DNA of 64,000 bases from Thecamonas trahens ATCC 50062 (Eukaryota > Protista > Apusomonadida). Positions 45,601 to 56,252 of the stretch are shown in pieces. Within the stretch, counting starts at the first letter, position 1. Every line of letters begins with the position of its first letter. The notes beneath the pieces are model-generated. The model was not told the origin of the DNA, did not search any database, and worked only from the letters and a program-made list of their open reading frames with translations. The stretch lies in the NCBI RefSeq assembly GCF_000142905.1, contig NW_013657644.1:1-64000 (forward strand), read 5' to 3'. Made by a program: the position numbers and the translations under genes.

Positions 45601-47506
45601 CATGCTGTTCCTGTCGGACGCGGTGCTCAACCTCGCGATTCACACGCTGCTCGCGGTGGTTGTTCTCTATACGGCCGCCAAGACAAACGCGACTGCGATG
45701 ACCGGCTGGCTCGCCGAGGCCTACCAGGTGCTGTCACTTGCGGCTCTCGACTTTCACTTTGTGCGTCCGGCGTGCCAGGGTGTACCAGGCTCGTTTGCGG
45801 CGCTGTTCTTTGGCGCGCTGGCGCTTGCTGTCGTCATGGCTGTCGCCATTGTTGTTGTCCTCAAGCTCGCTGCCCGCTCAGTGCCGGGCAAGTCTGAGTT
45901 CTACAGGCAGCGCGTGCCTCGTGCCCTGTCGATGTATGCCCAGCTGATGTTTGTGACGCTGACGCAGGTCTTCCTCCAAGCGCTGGTGTGCGCACGGGTC
46001 GATCGTGACAACATGCCGCCGCTCTGGGTCCTTGAAGCCTCGCGCGACATTGTCTGCCTCTCAGGTGGCCACCTGCAGTTGTTTGTGGTCGGCCTCGCGG
46101 GTTTTTTGCTCTTCTCACTCGGCCTCCCGCTGGCGGCGGTCTGCAAGCTGCGCAAGCTTCGGTCGGCAGGCCTACTCGCCTGGGCCGACTACCTCGACCT
46201 TGCTGCCGCAGCTCCGGGGCAGCAGCGTTTCGAGCGCCTGGCCGACGCAAGCGCCACGCTTGAAGCTGTCCACCTTGACGTCCACCTCTCGGCGAGCGGG
46301 TGGGAGGACGAGCAGCACGAGGCGATTGACAGCGGCCAAGGCGCCGTCCGAGCCCGCTGGGGCCTCCTCTATGAGCACTTTCGGCCATCGACCTACCAAT
46401 GGCTCGGCTTTCAACTCGGAGTCCTGTTTGTGATTGCGGCGGCGTCGTCTGTCCTCGCTGATGCTCCCGGGTGGCAGACTGCGGTTGTTGCTGCTGCTCT
46501 GCTGACGGCAGCGGGCTTGACCGAGGTGGTGGCCCCGTACGGCGCGCGATGGCGCAACCATGTCTGCGCCGCTGTCCTTGTTGTGGCGTGCCTTGCGTCG
46601 GTCGTGTCGCTCGCGGTCGCAACCGGGCCGCTCCGAGTTGCGCGCTGGGAGCTGTCGTTTGTACTCATGGCTGTGCTTGTTGTCGCAGTTGTGGCGGCAT
46701 GTGTTGCTTCCGTCCGTACCGCGGCTGCCGCGCTACGACTGGCGCACCCGACCAAGGTCGGACCCGCCACGTCAACACTCCCAGTGGCGTCGACGGTGGC
46801 CCATGCATTGTCGATGGGCGTGCCGCCGACGTATCGCACCAACAACTTGAGCGTCGCCCACACACAATCGCGCTCCTCGGTTACTTCGGACTCGACTTTG
46901 TCGTCGTCGTCGTCCTCCTCCTCGTCGTCGTCGTCGTTGAGCTCGAACAACGAGCCGTCAAGGTCTCTCTCGCCAACCCCGCAACGGCTCGGTATATCTG
47001 CTTTTCCGGCTGAGCCGCCCTCGCCCCATTCACCACCTGTCACCCGCAAGTCGTCGTACCGGCGGCAGGCGTCGGCAGGTGGGGCATCGGTGGGGACGTC
47101 GCGTGCGTTGCGAGGCAAGCGACAGTTGTCGACAACGTCGGTCAACTCGCGCAAGTCACTTCGCCCCAGTCGCTCGCGGCGCAACGTGGCCTCGTCGCTT
47201 GCACGGAATCGGGTCCGAAACATGTCGGCCTCTGACCTCCCGAGAAAGTCGATGGAGCTTGATGTCACGCCGCGCGCGACTGTGTCTATAGCGCAGACGT
47301 CGACGAACTCGGGCTCTGACGCTTCCCACTCGCCGGAGCCAAGCTCCCCGCGCGACGTCCGCACCGCCACCCGTGGCCACCATCATCGCCGGCGGTCGTC
47401 GGATCGCAAATCGATTGCGCACATGTCACCTGTTCCCTCGGCATCTTCCCGTGTCGTGGACCACCACCGGCGGCACTCGAGTGTTTCTATTCCTTCATCG
47501 CAGTAA
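42668..47506 (+). CDS. Large cell-surface protein: signal peptide, Sushi/CCP, SPPP stalk, Ig/Calx-beta/IPT-like domains, Cys-rich repeats, multi-TM region and Ser-rich tail
   Basis: ATYTCNAGFMISGSPSRSC (sushi) and CPDGAFCPGG...CSPGYSGPSCAVCTSGYY (Cys-rich). There are ~10 hydrophobic segments including WGLLYEHFRP. Confidence 0.85.
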   Translation: MTSFVPCVVVVLMATTLVVTHPTVMAASLPICSTSAASTHTNAQANPWTVGLVFEYTSPDAYSMASLCGATFGWVGDPGTVTYALYESPTLTLTDFVKVSADFVGSAPLVAGQEYAVGDTTAEANFAQPLPLTPGKYYALLVASSNAVTFPRSQGAVPISTCSSSLNLLQLLKSDLGTLPASLSAFSVNVNAVPIGRISICPACLPQPSPPTNGAVSTTAVTPARMINGDSATYTCNAGFMISGSPSRSCTDTVYSGPEPTCVVASSPPPPPSPPPPSPSPPPPSPSPPPPSPPPPSPPPPSPPPPSPPPSPPSPSPPPPSPPPPPTLLPAPTITAVIAHDPSSSDTSLGPGDILTIVFSEPTNTPPLSSAGLLDSALTCSRTPDTPPVALSACLGASLSGVWSADSTTLTITIVSSPPPLADIPRPGAAVFTPTGGLAIRNSALTSAAAAVPSPVLSGSWGAASAEVTLIVEGSGGAALTTADVAEGDSLIILVQLSLPPAADVTVDFRLDDALPGAPRPPHASLSATLLTFTPSNYNRFQKLTLAAAPDAYADEGDATLQLVLVSVASADPVFAAAVPAEGLLYPITVADTTPQGLAFSSLGYAAGHAEPVVPPTTPLPPTASGLLRLSQIGNLVCGRVHLRSFPWKATRTGDQARVVVSLSTSAPDLVSVLTRATPAEYPAPPAKTTRTSLQLLPGTSGPSTTFVLGARAEASVVFDALAGGEFCLVARADVALAASTLVTLQAVVLAEHTTAAGFPSTLTAEHELALVAVAWPVVTTTAPLVATRAGSPVALKGSGLTAGLEIAVASQLAPPAQANITASESGDLLRLVTPPVADEGYLELTLRDPVTGASVTFPDLFFTNDCPYEGSYGIGDDCRSCPDGAFCPGGNRLWPNEGFWAAAEDAGYIQPCSHPARRCAGGRRSECSPGYSGPSCAVCTSGYYRVGPSCVACSSSSAVFMVLVAANLVFCGLLVCAMLFLSDAVLNLAIHTLLAVVVLYTAAKTNATAMTGWLAEAYQVLSLAALDFHFVRPACQGVPGSFAALFFGALALAVVMAVAIVVVLKLAARSVPGKSEFYRQRVPRALSMYAQLMFVTLTQVFLQALVCARVDRDNMPPLWVLEASRDIVCLSGGHLQLFVVGLAGFLLFSLGLPLAAVCKLRKLRSAGLLAWADYLDLAAAAPGQQRFERLADASATLEAVHLDVHLSASGWEDEQHEAIDSGQGAVRARWGLLYEHFRPSTYQWLGFQLGVLFVIAAASSVLADAPGWQTAVVAAALLTAAGLTEVVAPYGARWRNHVCAAVLVVACLASVVSLAVATGPLRVARWELSFVLMAVLVVAVVAACVASVRTAAAALRLAHPTKVGPATSTLPVASTVAHALSMGVPPTYRTNNLSVAHTQSRSSVTSDSTLSSSSSSSSSSSSLSSNNEPSRSLSPTPQRLGISAFPAEPPSPHSPPVTRKSSYRRQASAGGASVGTSRALRGKRQLSTTSVNSRKSLRPSRSRRNVASSLARNRVRNMSASDLPRKSMELDVTPRATVSIAQTSTNSGSDASHSPEPSSPRDVRTATRGHHHRRRSSDRKSIAHMSPVPSASSRVVDHHRRHSSVSIPSSQ

Positions 47507-47932
47507 AGCGGCACCCCAACAGCTGCGGCAGGAATGGTGCGAGGTATTTCCAAGTGCTAACCCTTGACGATACGGTACGGTCGTTCAGACGCGTTGTCGC
47601 GCGTCTCAAAGTGAACAACTCGATGATGCTTGACTTCCAGGTTACCGTCCGACGCTGCGCGACGCCTACTTGGCCTGCAGCTGGAGGTGGAAGGCGCATC
47701 TGCACGTGATGGCGGCCGACACGTAGACGCCCGCCTGAAGGATGCCCGAGTTGCCGCCGCGGTGACGGACGCCTGGGAGCATGGGCGAGGCGCACAAAGC
47801 AGAACAAAAAAAATAGTCGCCGCAAACCAAAACTCACGCCAACCGATACCCAACGAGCAGCGCCTGGCCACTACGACCCACACCAAACGCATCAGCATCG
47901 AGGACCACACCACAGTACACATCACCCGCGTC

Positions 47933-47961
47933 CACATCCACATCCACATCCACATCCACAT

Positions 47962-47993
<32 letters not shown>

Positions 47994-48020
47994 CCACACA
48001 CACACACACACACACACACA
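47933..48020. repeat. (CACATC)n followed by (CA)n microsatellite
   Basis: Directly visible in the sequence. Confidence 0.9.
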
Positions 48021-48032
48021 TCTTTCAGTAGC

Positions 48033-49421
48033 ATGCTCCTCTCTGGGTGGGCCATTGTGGACACATCTTTCAGTAGCATGCTCCTCTCTGGGTGGGCCAT
48101 TGTGGGCACTGGAGTGCTCAGCTTCTGCCTCACCTTTGTCCTTGCCCTCGCTGGCTACTTCCTCCTCGCTCGGTGGACAACACCCAAGGCAAACCAGACG
48201 ACATCATCTGCACCACAACTGTGTACCTCTCATCCAAGGCAATGGACAGTGGCTCTGCTCCTGGCAGCTGCTGTCACGTTAATTGTGGTCATTCCATTGG
48301 CTACTGTCTCGGATGCCAGTGCGGCCCACAACTCGGTTCATGATGCCTACGTCATGCCCATCTCCTTCAATGCCTTTGTTGCTCTCGTCGTTGTCGTAGG
48401 CATCGCCGCAATGCTCTTCGGTACCATCGCTTGGTTCTTTGGTTATGAGCGCTCTGCCTATGCTTCTCTCTCGGCATGCTCCATGATCCGCCTCCCGGTC
48501 ATGGGCCTCATGGCTGGTCTCATCACCGCGTCCATCGTTGGCCTTGCTGTCGGTCTCTCCGGTGATCTGCCAGCTTCTGCTGGTGACATCCCGCGTCAGT
48601 CGGACGCCTCGCTTTTCTGGTCTGGCGTGGGACTTGGGGTGGGCATTGCGGGCTTCCTCGCCTTTCTGGCCATCACGCTTGTGTTCTACCAAGAGTCGGC
48701 CAACATCCACGCCATCCGCTCGGCGATGCCCAACCACATGCTGACCCAGGTGGTAGGCCTCGTGGCCGCCGACGATCGCAAAGCCATTGCACTCCTTGCT
48801 TCTCGCAACGAGGAGTACCTTCTCTCACATGGCCTCCTCTACTGCATGCAGGCTGTCCAACACGATCTGGTCGACGACGACGCTCTGGCGTCCTGGCCGC
48901 CGCAGGCCTTCCGAGGCCCGCTCGCCGCGGCCCTCTTCTCCATCCTCGGCGACGGCCCTTCGCTCTTTGTGTGGCAGACGACCGACCAGATCGAGCGCGT
49001 CCGTGCCGTCACTGACGACATGAAGAAGGCCAAGGCGTGGTCAAACAGCAAGCGCCGCGCCAAGCTCCACCGCTACTTGTTGGGCGCCAAGGCGCCGGCC
49101 GACTCGCTCAACGATGATGCCGAGGTGCAGCTCGGGCCGTCCGAGGCCCGCATCGCCCGCGCCCTTCTCGCCTTTGTCGACGACTCGTCCGTCTGCCCCA
49201 TCTCCGCCGCCAACCTCGCCCGTCGCGTCAAGGCTGTCTACTCGACCAAGTTTGGTACGACCAAGTTTGTGGGCAAGGCCGCCCGCAAGACCGCTCTTGC
49301 CCTTGCCGCTGGCTCGTCGTCGTCATACGACGGCTCATCGTCGGGCCCGTACTCATGGTCTAACGCCTCGAGCTCGTCGTCGGTCCACTACTCGTCAGCG
49401 TACAGCGGATCTTACAGCTAG
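48033..49421 (+). CDS. Hypothetical multi-TM protein (~5 TM plus soluble C-terminal domain)
   Basis: 462-aa ORF with hydrophobic segments. The ATG region is duplicated (48016-48105). Confidence 0.75.
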   Translation: MLLSGWAIVDTSFSSMLLSGWAIVGTGVLSFCLTFVLALAGYFLLARWTTPKANQTTSSAPQLCTSHPRQWTVALLLAAAVTLIVVIPLATVSDASAAHNSVHDAYVMPISFNAFVALVVVVGIAAMLFGTIAWFFGYERSAYASLSACSMIRLPVMGLMAGLITASIVGLAVGLSGDLPASAGDIPRQSDASLFWSGVGLGVGIAGFLAFLAITLVFYQESANIHAIRSAMPNHMLTQVVGLVAADDRKAIALLASRNEEYLLSHGLLYCMQAVQHDLVDDDALASWPPQAFRGPLAAALFSILGDGPSLFVWQTTDQIERVRAVTDDMKKAKAWSNSKRRAKLHRYLLGAKAPADSLNDDAEVQLGPSEARIARALLAFVDDSSVCPISAANLARRVKAVYSTKFGTTKFVGKAARKTALALAAGSSSSYDGSSSGPYSWSNASSSSSVHYSSAYSGSYS

Positions 49422-49471
49422 CTAGCCAGTGAACACGCTTCCCACTGTGTTTGCTTTGCCTCTGTCATGTC

Positions 49472-51784
49472 TCACCATCGCGACGAAGACGCACCGGCGC
49501 CGGCGCTTCCACCTGGACGATACTTTGCGCGGACGCCCGAGGCCGTGGTGACCCGCGACGAGGAGGCGCCCGCCGAGGCCGACGGCGCGGCGTTGGTCAT
49601 GGTCTCGGCGACCTGGTTGAGGAAGGACCGCGAGTTGTGGATGTAGTTGCCGCCGACGACAATGCGAACGCCGGTGCCCGACGCGTTGAGGCGGGCGGCA
49701 TAGGCGGCCTCCTCGTACGTCATGCCGCCGACAAAAAAGACGATGATGTCCGACGGCGGGTCGCGCGACGGCGAGCCGAGCGCGTACGGGTACTCCTCCT
49801 CGCGGAGCTTGCCCTTGAACATTTCATCGATGACCTCTTCCAGGAGAGTCACGTGCTGGGTAAAGACGTTCTCGATGTCCTCCAGGCCGCGGCGGTAGCG
49901 CTTCTTGAGCTTCTTGAGAATGCTCTTGTTCTTAAACAGGTCGCCACCGCGGACGCTTGTGCCGCCGTAGCCGACAATGTCTGAGATGAGCTGCACGTCA
50001 GCCTGGGTGAGTCCGCGCTCAAAGAGCGCTGAGACAAGCTGCGAGCAAGCGTTCGACGAGTTTGTCTCGTAGCGAAGCGCGTAGATGAGGACCAGGCGCA
50101 GCGCGTCCTCGTTGCCTGTGGTGGTGTCGTCGAGCAGGGCACGGAGTGCACGGAGGTGCTCGCCATGGCCCGAGCTCGAGCACGCCATCTCCTGCTCCAG
50201 CTCTGAACACGCCATCAGGCCGCGCTCTTCAACCTGCCGCGAGAGCTCCGACGTCAGTGCCACGTGCTTCGAGACGTTGCCGGACATACGTTTGAACTCG
50301 GGGTAATCCTCAATGAACCGCTTCATGTCGGCAATGGTCGAGACCGACTTGTTCGAGTTGGTCTTGGCCTGGAACCGGTCAAGCAGCTCCTTGAGCGAGA
50401 CGCCGAGATCGCCAAAGTTCTGGTACATGACCTGCCGGTAGAACTCATCCTGCTCAGCCGAGAGCACCACCTCGTGCATATCTTTCCGCACATCACGCAC
50501 GCCCGACAAGTCAACCCGCTGGTTGGTGATGCCCAGCAGTTCGTGGACCATGGCCTGGTACGTCCATTGCGAGAGTAGCGGCGTGATCGGGTCGTCGCGT
50601 CGGTCCATGATTAGCAGAAGCGGTCGCGAGCCCGAGGCACTGCCGTAGTCGCCGTAGAGGTCAAACTCAAACAGCTCGGCATCCTGCTGCATCCGGTACT
50701 TGACCTCCTCTGCAAGCCGCGACGCCTTTTCCGAGCGCCCGGCAAAGCGCACATTCGGTCGCTTCTTGAGAGCCAGCAGTGTCGAGAACAGGCCGTCGAC
50801 CGTCCGGCCAAACGTGAGCGCGTCCCAGGTGTCAGGCGTGGGGCCGGCAATCGACGGCTGGTTGAGCGAGAACACGCACGGGTTCACGGCCCACACGTCG
50901 GCAAAGTACTCGTGGACCTGCGAGACAACCTCATGCTCGTCGGCGTGCGCAAGCTCGACGACCTGGGCGTCGAGCAGCGTGTTGGAGAAGAACAGGTGGT
51001 ACTCGGCGTACTTGGGGCTCCGCAGCTCGCGTGCCAGCGCCGCAATGTTCTCGCCCGTCGGCCGCAGAAAGCACACCGCCTTCATGTGCAGCATTTGCTC
51101 CCGCTCCAGCTCCAACTTTTCCACCAAGTACACCTCGCGCTGCAGGATCTGTGACTGAGTGTATGCCATTGACACCATTTGCAGCGTCTCTGTGTCCAGC
51201 AGCAGCACCTTCATGCCTGTCCACCCTCCTCCCCACCCATCCGTATCCACCCAGCTCACCAGCCATACCCAACCCATGAGTCACATGCCCGAGTCTTACA
51301 CCAGCCCCATCACACCCACACCCACACCCACACCCACCGCATGTGCCAGGAGAGCTTGAGGGGGCGGGAGGAGGGGGGGGGAGGAAGGAAGGACCCGTCC
51401 AAAAAACAGGGGCCAGACACAGGTCACACACACACACACACACACACATACACACACACACACACATACACATACACACATACACCCGGCAGAGACAACA
51501 GAGGGACAGGGTATGGGTGTACGGCAGGTAAAGGGATATGGGTACATGGCAGGTATAAGGGCACAGGTAGAGTCATGGCGTCACTAAACCAGGCCGACAG
51601 GGCACAGGCCATGGTGGCCATGGTGGCACAGGCCATGGTGGCACAGGCCATGGTGGCACAGGTCATGGCTACCATTTACATGGCCAAGAGTGGGTGGGGA
51701 TGGGGAAGAACGTGGTGGCTACGTACCAGATACGTCAGAAATCATGTTGGTCACATACTCCTTCACAGCCTGAACAATGTCCAT
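49472..51784 (-). CDS. VPS45: Vps45, Sec1/Munc18-family protein; exons 51784-51727 and 51216-49472
   Basis: MDIVQAVKEYV...SG|MKVLLLD, LRSPKYAEYHLFFSN, DRRDDPITPLLSQWTYQAMVHEL, GNVSKHV and GGMTYEE. Intron GTACGT...ACAG. Confidence 0.96.
51601..51670. repeat. 15-nt tandem repeat GGCACAGGCCATGGT in the VPS45 intron; (CA)n nearby at 51425-51484
   Basis: About 4 copies directly visible. Confidence 0.85.
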
Positions 51785-52081
51785 CTTGGGCTGGTTGACG
51801 CGGAGCGGAGTGAGTGCGGTGTCGCCGTCTCCGCGCCGCTGTCTCTCTCCCTTGGCCGCCACCCGCACACTCCCGATCTCTACAGACATCCTCCTGCAGC
51901 TGCAATCAGTCGATCTACACCATGGTGCATGTGCCCATCCATCAGAGAATGGCCACCATGTCCCTCTCCCCGCCCACAATCGGCCGATACCCTCTGCCGC
52001 ACACGGTGTTGGCGAGAGCGCCACCGCCAGCGGGCGAGCAGGGACAGCGCAAACGAGTACCACCTCACTTACGAGACGTTT

Positions 52082-53428
52082 ATGTTTGCAGCACTTCGCC
52101 TGGGTGCTCGCCGTGTGCTAAACGATGCGCAAGCGAGGCGCGGGGCCATGGCGGGCCAGGGAGCGAGGCAGAGGCGGACGATGTTTGGCGGAGTGAGCGG
52201 ACGATCCGAGTCAGTTGGACAGGGCGACGGAGATGCTGGAGCTGGCCATGGCTTTGGCGATGATGCTGGACTGGATGCTGATGTGGTGGTGGCTGGTGGC
52301 GGCGTCCTTGGCCTTGCCGTTGCTGCCGCTATGGCTAGAGAGTCTGCCTCGTGGGGCTCCATCATTGTCGTCGATGCTGCGCCCAAGCACGGCATGCACA
52401 CCTCGTCGCGCAACTCGGGCGTCATCCATGCTGGCATCTACTACGCCGAGGGCTCGCTCAAGGCTGAGCTGTGTGTGCGTGGCAAGCAAATGTTGTACGA
52501 GTATGTTGCTGATCGCGGTGTCGCCCATGCACAGTGCGGCAAGCTCATCGTTGCCAGCAGCGGCGAGGCCGATGCCGCCAAGCTCGACAAGCTCATCTCC
52601 AACGCTCGAGCTGCGGGTGTGCATGATCTCGTTCGGCTTGACGATGCCCAAGTTGCTCAGCTCGAGCCCAATGTGGTATCATCAGGGGGCGCGGTCCTCT
52701 CGCCGTCGACTGGCATTGTTGACGCGCCGGGGCTCATGGTCTCGTACCTAGCCGAGATTGAGGACGCCGGCGGTGTGTTTGTGCCCAACACCCAGATCAC
52801 CGGCGTGGTGGCCCGTACCGACGGTGCATTTGACGTCCATGCTGCCGATGGCTCGGTCATCCGCGCTGGAACTTTTATCAACGCCACCGGGCTCTGGTCC
52901 GGGGCCTTTGCGCAACACTGCGAATGGCGGAACGAGCTAGGCGGCGAGCCGCTTCTTGCACCCGACTCGCTGCCGACAGTCACTTTTCTCAAGGGCAACT
53001 TTTTCGCCGTCGCACCGAGCGTCGCCGCCCGGCTCGACTTTCGCCACCTGATCTACCCGTTGCCGGCCTCACACTCGCTCGGCATCCACGTCACCTTTGA
53101 CACTGACGGCAACGTGACGCTGGGACCCGACCAGGAGTTTGGCGCTGCCTTTGATCCCTATGCCTCCCTCGAGGCGCAGCCCGACTACTCGGTCGATGCC
53201 GCCCGCGCCGCTTCGTTCCTCGAAGTCCAAGCCTTTGCCCCAAGCCTGCCAGACTCGTGCCTCACTCCGGCATACTCGGGCTATCGCCCGCAAGTCCCCG
53301 GCCGGGACTACATCATCCAGGGTCCTGCCGATCACAACGTGCCTGGCCTCGTCAATCTCGTTGCCATGGAGTCACCAGCCCTCACATCGTCTCTTGCCAT
53401 CGCCGATCACGTCCTTCGCCTGCTGTAG
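52082..53428 (+). CDS. L2HGDH: L-2-hydroxyglutarate dehydrogenase, mitochondrial-type
   Basis: Arg-rich presequence, GGGVLG, TSSRNSGVIHAGIYY, CGKLIVA, SPSTGIVD, LIYPLP...LGIH and ESPALTSSLAIA. Confidence 0.9.
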   Translation: MFAALRLGARRVLNDAQARRGAMAGQGARQRRTMFGGVSGRSESVGQGDGDAGAGHGFGDDAGLDADVVVAGGGVLGLAVAAAMARESASWGSIIVVDAAPKHGMHTSSRNSGVIHAGIYYAEGSLKAELCVRGKQMLYEYVADRGVAHAQCGKLIVASSGEADAAKLDKLISNARAAGVHDLVRLDDAQVAQLEPNVVSSGGAVLSPSTGIVDAPGLMVSYLAEIEDAGGVFVPNTQITGVVARTDGAFDVHAADGSVIRAGTFINATGLWSGAFAQHCEWRNELGGEPLLAPDSLPTVTFLKGNFFAVAPSVAARLDFRHLIYPLPASHSLGIHVTFDTDGNVTLGPDQEFGAAFDPYASLEAQPDYSVDAARAASFLEVQAFAPSLPDSCLTPAYSGYRPQVPGRDYIIQGPADHNVPGLVNLVAMESPALTSSLAIADHVLRLL

Positions 53429-53572
53429 CACCGACTCTGGCCATTGCAAGCCGCTAAACGACGGAACGCCATCATCGCCCATCGCCCGCCTCGGCCCGTC
53501 GCCCCGCGACGGCAGCGCAGGCGCTACTGCAGTTGCTGCCACTTCTCGCAGACAACCGCCATCACGCCGCAA

Positions 53573-54901
53573 ATGAGACATGTGATTGGATGCGCACTTG
53601 CGACGGTGCTTGTAGTCTTTGGACTGTATGTGTGGGCGTATGCAGTGGTGGTGGTCCGCTTCGAGCCGGCGGTCGGTGAGTGGAGTTTGGCAAGTCCGCC
53701 AGATGCGTTGCTTGGCAACCGAGAGGGCCGAGGCGGGCCGTACGGCTGGCGGCTCATCCGGCGTGTGGCACGATCATCCGCCATTGCTGCTGGTCATGAT
53801 CGAGTGTTCATGGCATCGATCGACGCTGCGGGCATTGCCGAAATCCGGGTCGAGGCTAAGCCTGAGGCAGAGGCTGCCAAGGAGATCCTGCCCGAGCTGG
53901 ATGCGGCGGATGACGGCGCGGCGGCAACGTGGCTCCTGCATGATGACGCTGGATGGTCGGATCGGCGGTTTGTGGCTAACACTGAGCCGCAGAGCTTGGT
54001 CTGGCTCGGCGAGTCCCGCATCACCGCGTTGGAGGCCATGGGCGATGGCCGGATGTGGGCGGTGCGCAAGGCTGCGGTCGCGGTCAGCCTCCTCCACACC
54101 CGGGCCATCAGGCCGGGTCAGGCGGTGCCGGCCTCATCGGCAGTGATCGATGTACATGCTGCACTGGCGGCGCCAGTGGCACTGACCTACGTCCGTGCCT
54201 ACGGCAAGTACCCGGCCGAGCTGTATGTGGTGGATGCGTCGTGGAAGTACCGCCCGCGCAACATTGATGACGCGCGGGTGCCTGAAGAGCTGGAAATGCG
54301 CGGTCACGGGCGGGTGCTGGCGTACGATCCCCAGCAGCGTGTCTCGCGGTGGGCTATCGCCCGCGAGCTCTACTTTCCGCTGGGAGTGGCGGCGGCGGAC
54401 GATGGCGCGTATGTGCTGGTGACTGAGGCCACCAAGGCGCGAATCAAGGTCATCGATCGGAGCGATGACGAGCGGTGGTCTGTCTTTGTGGACGGGCTGC
54501 CGTGCGAGCCCGGGGCGATTTCGCCTGCGCCGCCCGCTGCCGATGGCTCTCCGCAATGGTACGTCGGGTGCGTCGGCGTCCGCGGCGGATGGCTGTCGCG
54601 GACGCTGGCAACATCGAGACTGGCCAAGTACCTGGCGCTGGCGGTACCGACGACGATGCTGGATGCCGCCCGCGAGTGGGTGGACGGTTTCCGGGCTGCG
54701 CGTTTTCTCGTGGTGCGGATTGCAGACAAGTCGCAAGGCCGCATCCGAGGCGCTGTGGTCGAGGTTCACTCGGTGCCGGCAGAAGCCGGTCTGGACTCAG
54801 TCGGGCAGGTCGTGGCCTCGCCGCATCGACGCGATCGGGTGTTTGTGCGATGCGCGCGGACGCTGCGTGTGGCTGAGCTCGGTCGCCACGAGCGCGGCTG
54901 A
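53573..54901 (+). CDS. Strictosidine synthase-like/APMAP-type beta-propeller protein with N-terminal anchor
   Basis: LYVVDASWKY, GRVLAYDP, LYFPLGVA...YVLVTE and FVDGLPCEPGAI. Confidence 0.8.
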   Translation: MRHVIGCALATVLVVFGLYVWAYAVVVVRFEPAVGEWSLASPPDALLGNREGRGGPYGWRLIRRVARSSAIAAGHDRVFMASIDAAGIAEIRVEAKPEAEAAKEILPELDAADDGAAATWLLHDDAGWSDRRFVANTEPQSLVWLGESRITALEAMGDGRMWAVRKAAVAVSLLHTRAIRPGQAVPASSAVIDVHAALAAPVALTYVRAYGKYPAELYVVDASWKYRPRNIDDARVPEELEMRGHGRVLAYDPQQRVSRWAIARELYFPLGVAAADDGAYVLVTEATKARIKVIDRSDDERWSVFVDGLPCEPGAISPAPPAADGSPQWYVGCVGVRGGWLSRTLATSRLAKYLALAVPTTMLDAAREWVDGFRAARFLVVRIADKSQGRIRGAVVEVHSVPAEAGLDSVGQVVASPHRRDRVFVRCARTLRVAELGRHERG

Positions 54902-54916
54902 GGGGAGGGAGAGAGT

Positions 54917-56252
54917 TTACGGCTCCGAGTCGATGCCTGTAGCAGCAAGGATGCGGCGGGCTCCGGCGAGGACGGAGAGAGTACCGGCTTCGACGCCTGC
55001 TTCGGCGGTGGCGACGGCAGCAGCGTCGCGTTTTGCAGCGCGGAGCAGCTCGTCCTGGACGACAGCCCAGAGAGCAGCCTTTCGTTGGCGGGCGCGGCTG
55101 GCGAGCAGGTCGCCCGATGCAATGCGGGCGTCGAAGAACGACCCGATGTCGGTCCAGAGGCGGTCGAGGCCGCGGCCTTCTGTGGAAGAGATGGTGCGGA
55201 CGGGCGGAGCCCAGTCTGGGTACTTGCGGTGCATGAGCTTGAGGGCGGAGCGGTACTCTGCCCGGACGATGTTTGCGGAGGAAGAGAGGTCGCCATCAGC
55301 CTTGGTGACGACGACCTCGTCGGCAAGCTCCATGACGCCACGCTTGATGCCCTGCAGCTCGTCGCCGGCACCGGGCGAGACGAGGAGCATGAACATGTCG
55401 ACTACGTCTGCGACGGCGTACTCGGACTGGCCGACGCCGACAGTCTCGACGAGGATGACGTCAAACCCTGCGGCGTCGCAGACGGCGATAGCGTCCGAAG
55501 TGTGGCGGGCGACGCCACCGAGCGTCCCGGAAGATGGGGTGGTGCGAATGTAAGCCTTGGGCTCGCGGGCAAGCTCCATCATGCGGGTGCGGTCGCCGAG
55601 GATGGAACCGCCGGTCCGTGCCGACGACGGATCGATAGCGAGGACGGCGAGCGAGAGGCCTGAGCGGATGAGCCACATGCCAAAGGCTTCGATAAAGGTC
55701 GACTTGCCTACACCCGGCGCGCCCGAGATGCCGAGACGGATTGAGGGCCGGCCCGAGGCCCGCGGATTAGGCGCCGCCTCGAGACGGGCAAGCAGCTCCT
55801 GGGCCTTGACCTGGTGGTCAGGGCGGGAAGACTCAACTGCGGGCAACGGTAGGACGGATGTGAGAGAGAGACAACCAAGTTGTCGCACTGACGACCGCGA
55901 TGAGGGTCACTACCAGCACCACCCTTGATCATCGCCAGCATCATCGACATCGGCATCATCATCGACATCATCATCAGCAGCATCATTGCCAACACCGCCA
56001 TCACCATCCCCCCTCCCCCTCCCCCCCATCGGACGTACTCACAGTAACAGCTCGCGAGAGCGAAAGACGATGTCCAGCAGCGACGCCTTTGGCAAGGGCA
56101 TCGACATCGATGGCTGTGCGGCGGCGGGCAGGGGCGGGCGCTGACGAGGTGGCGGAGGCTGGCGCTGACGAGGTGGCTGAGGAGGAGAGGAGAAGGGCGT
56201 GGTGGACGATGGAGGAGAGTGGGTGGTGGCGGAGGCGGCACAGACGGAGCAT
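54917..56252 (-). CDS. MMAA: Methylmalonic aciduria type A GTPase (MeaB/ArgK family); exons 56252-56039 and 55836-54917
   Basis: GISGAPGVGKST, IDPSSARTGGSILGDRTRM, ETVGVGQSE and GDELQGIKRG. The intron GTACGT...GCAG gives RAVTV|IESSRPDH. Mitochondrial-type presequence. Confidence 0.94.

Noticed and set aside
47507-47930. CTAACCCT at ~47557 (telomerase-template-like) and short ORFs
   Set aside because: An 8-nt match is expected by chance, and I found no supporting pseudoknot or convincing gene.
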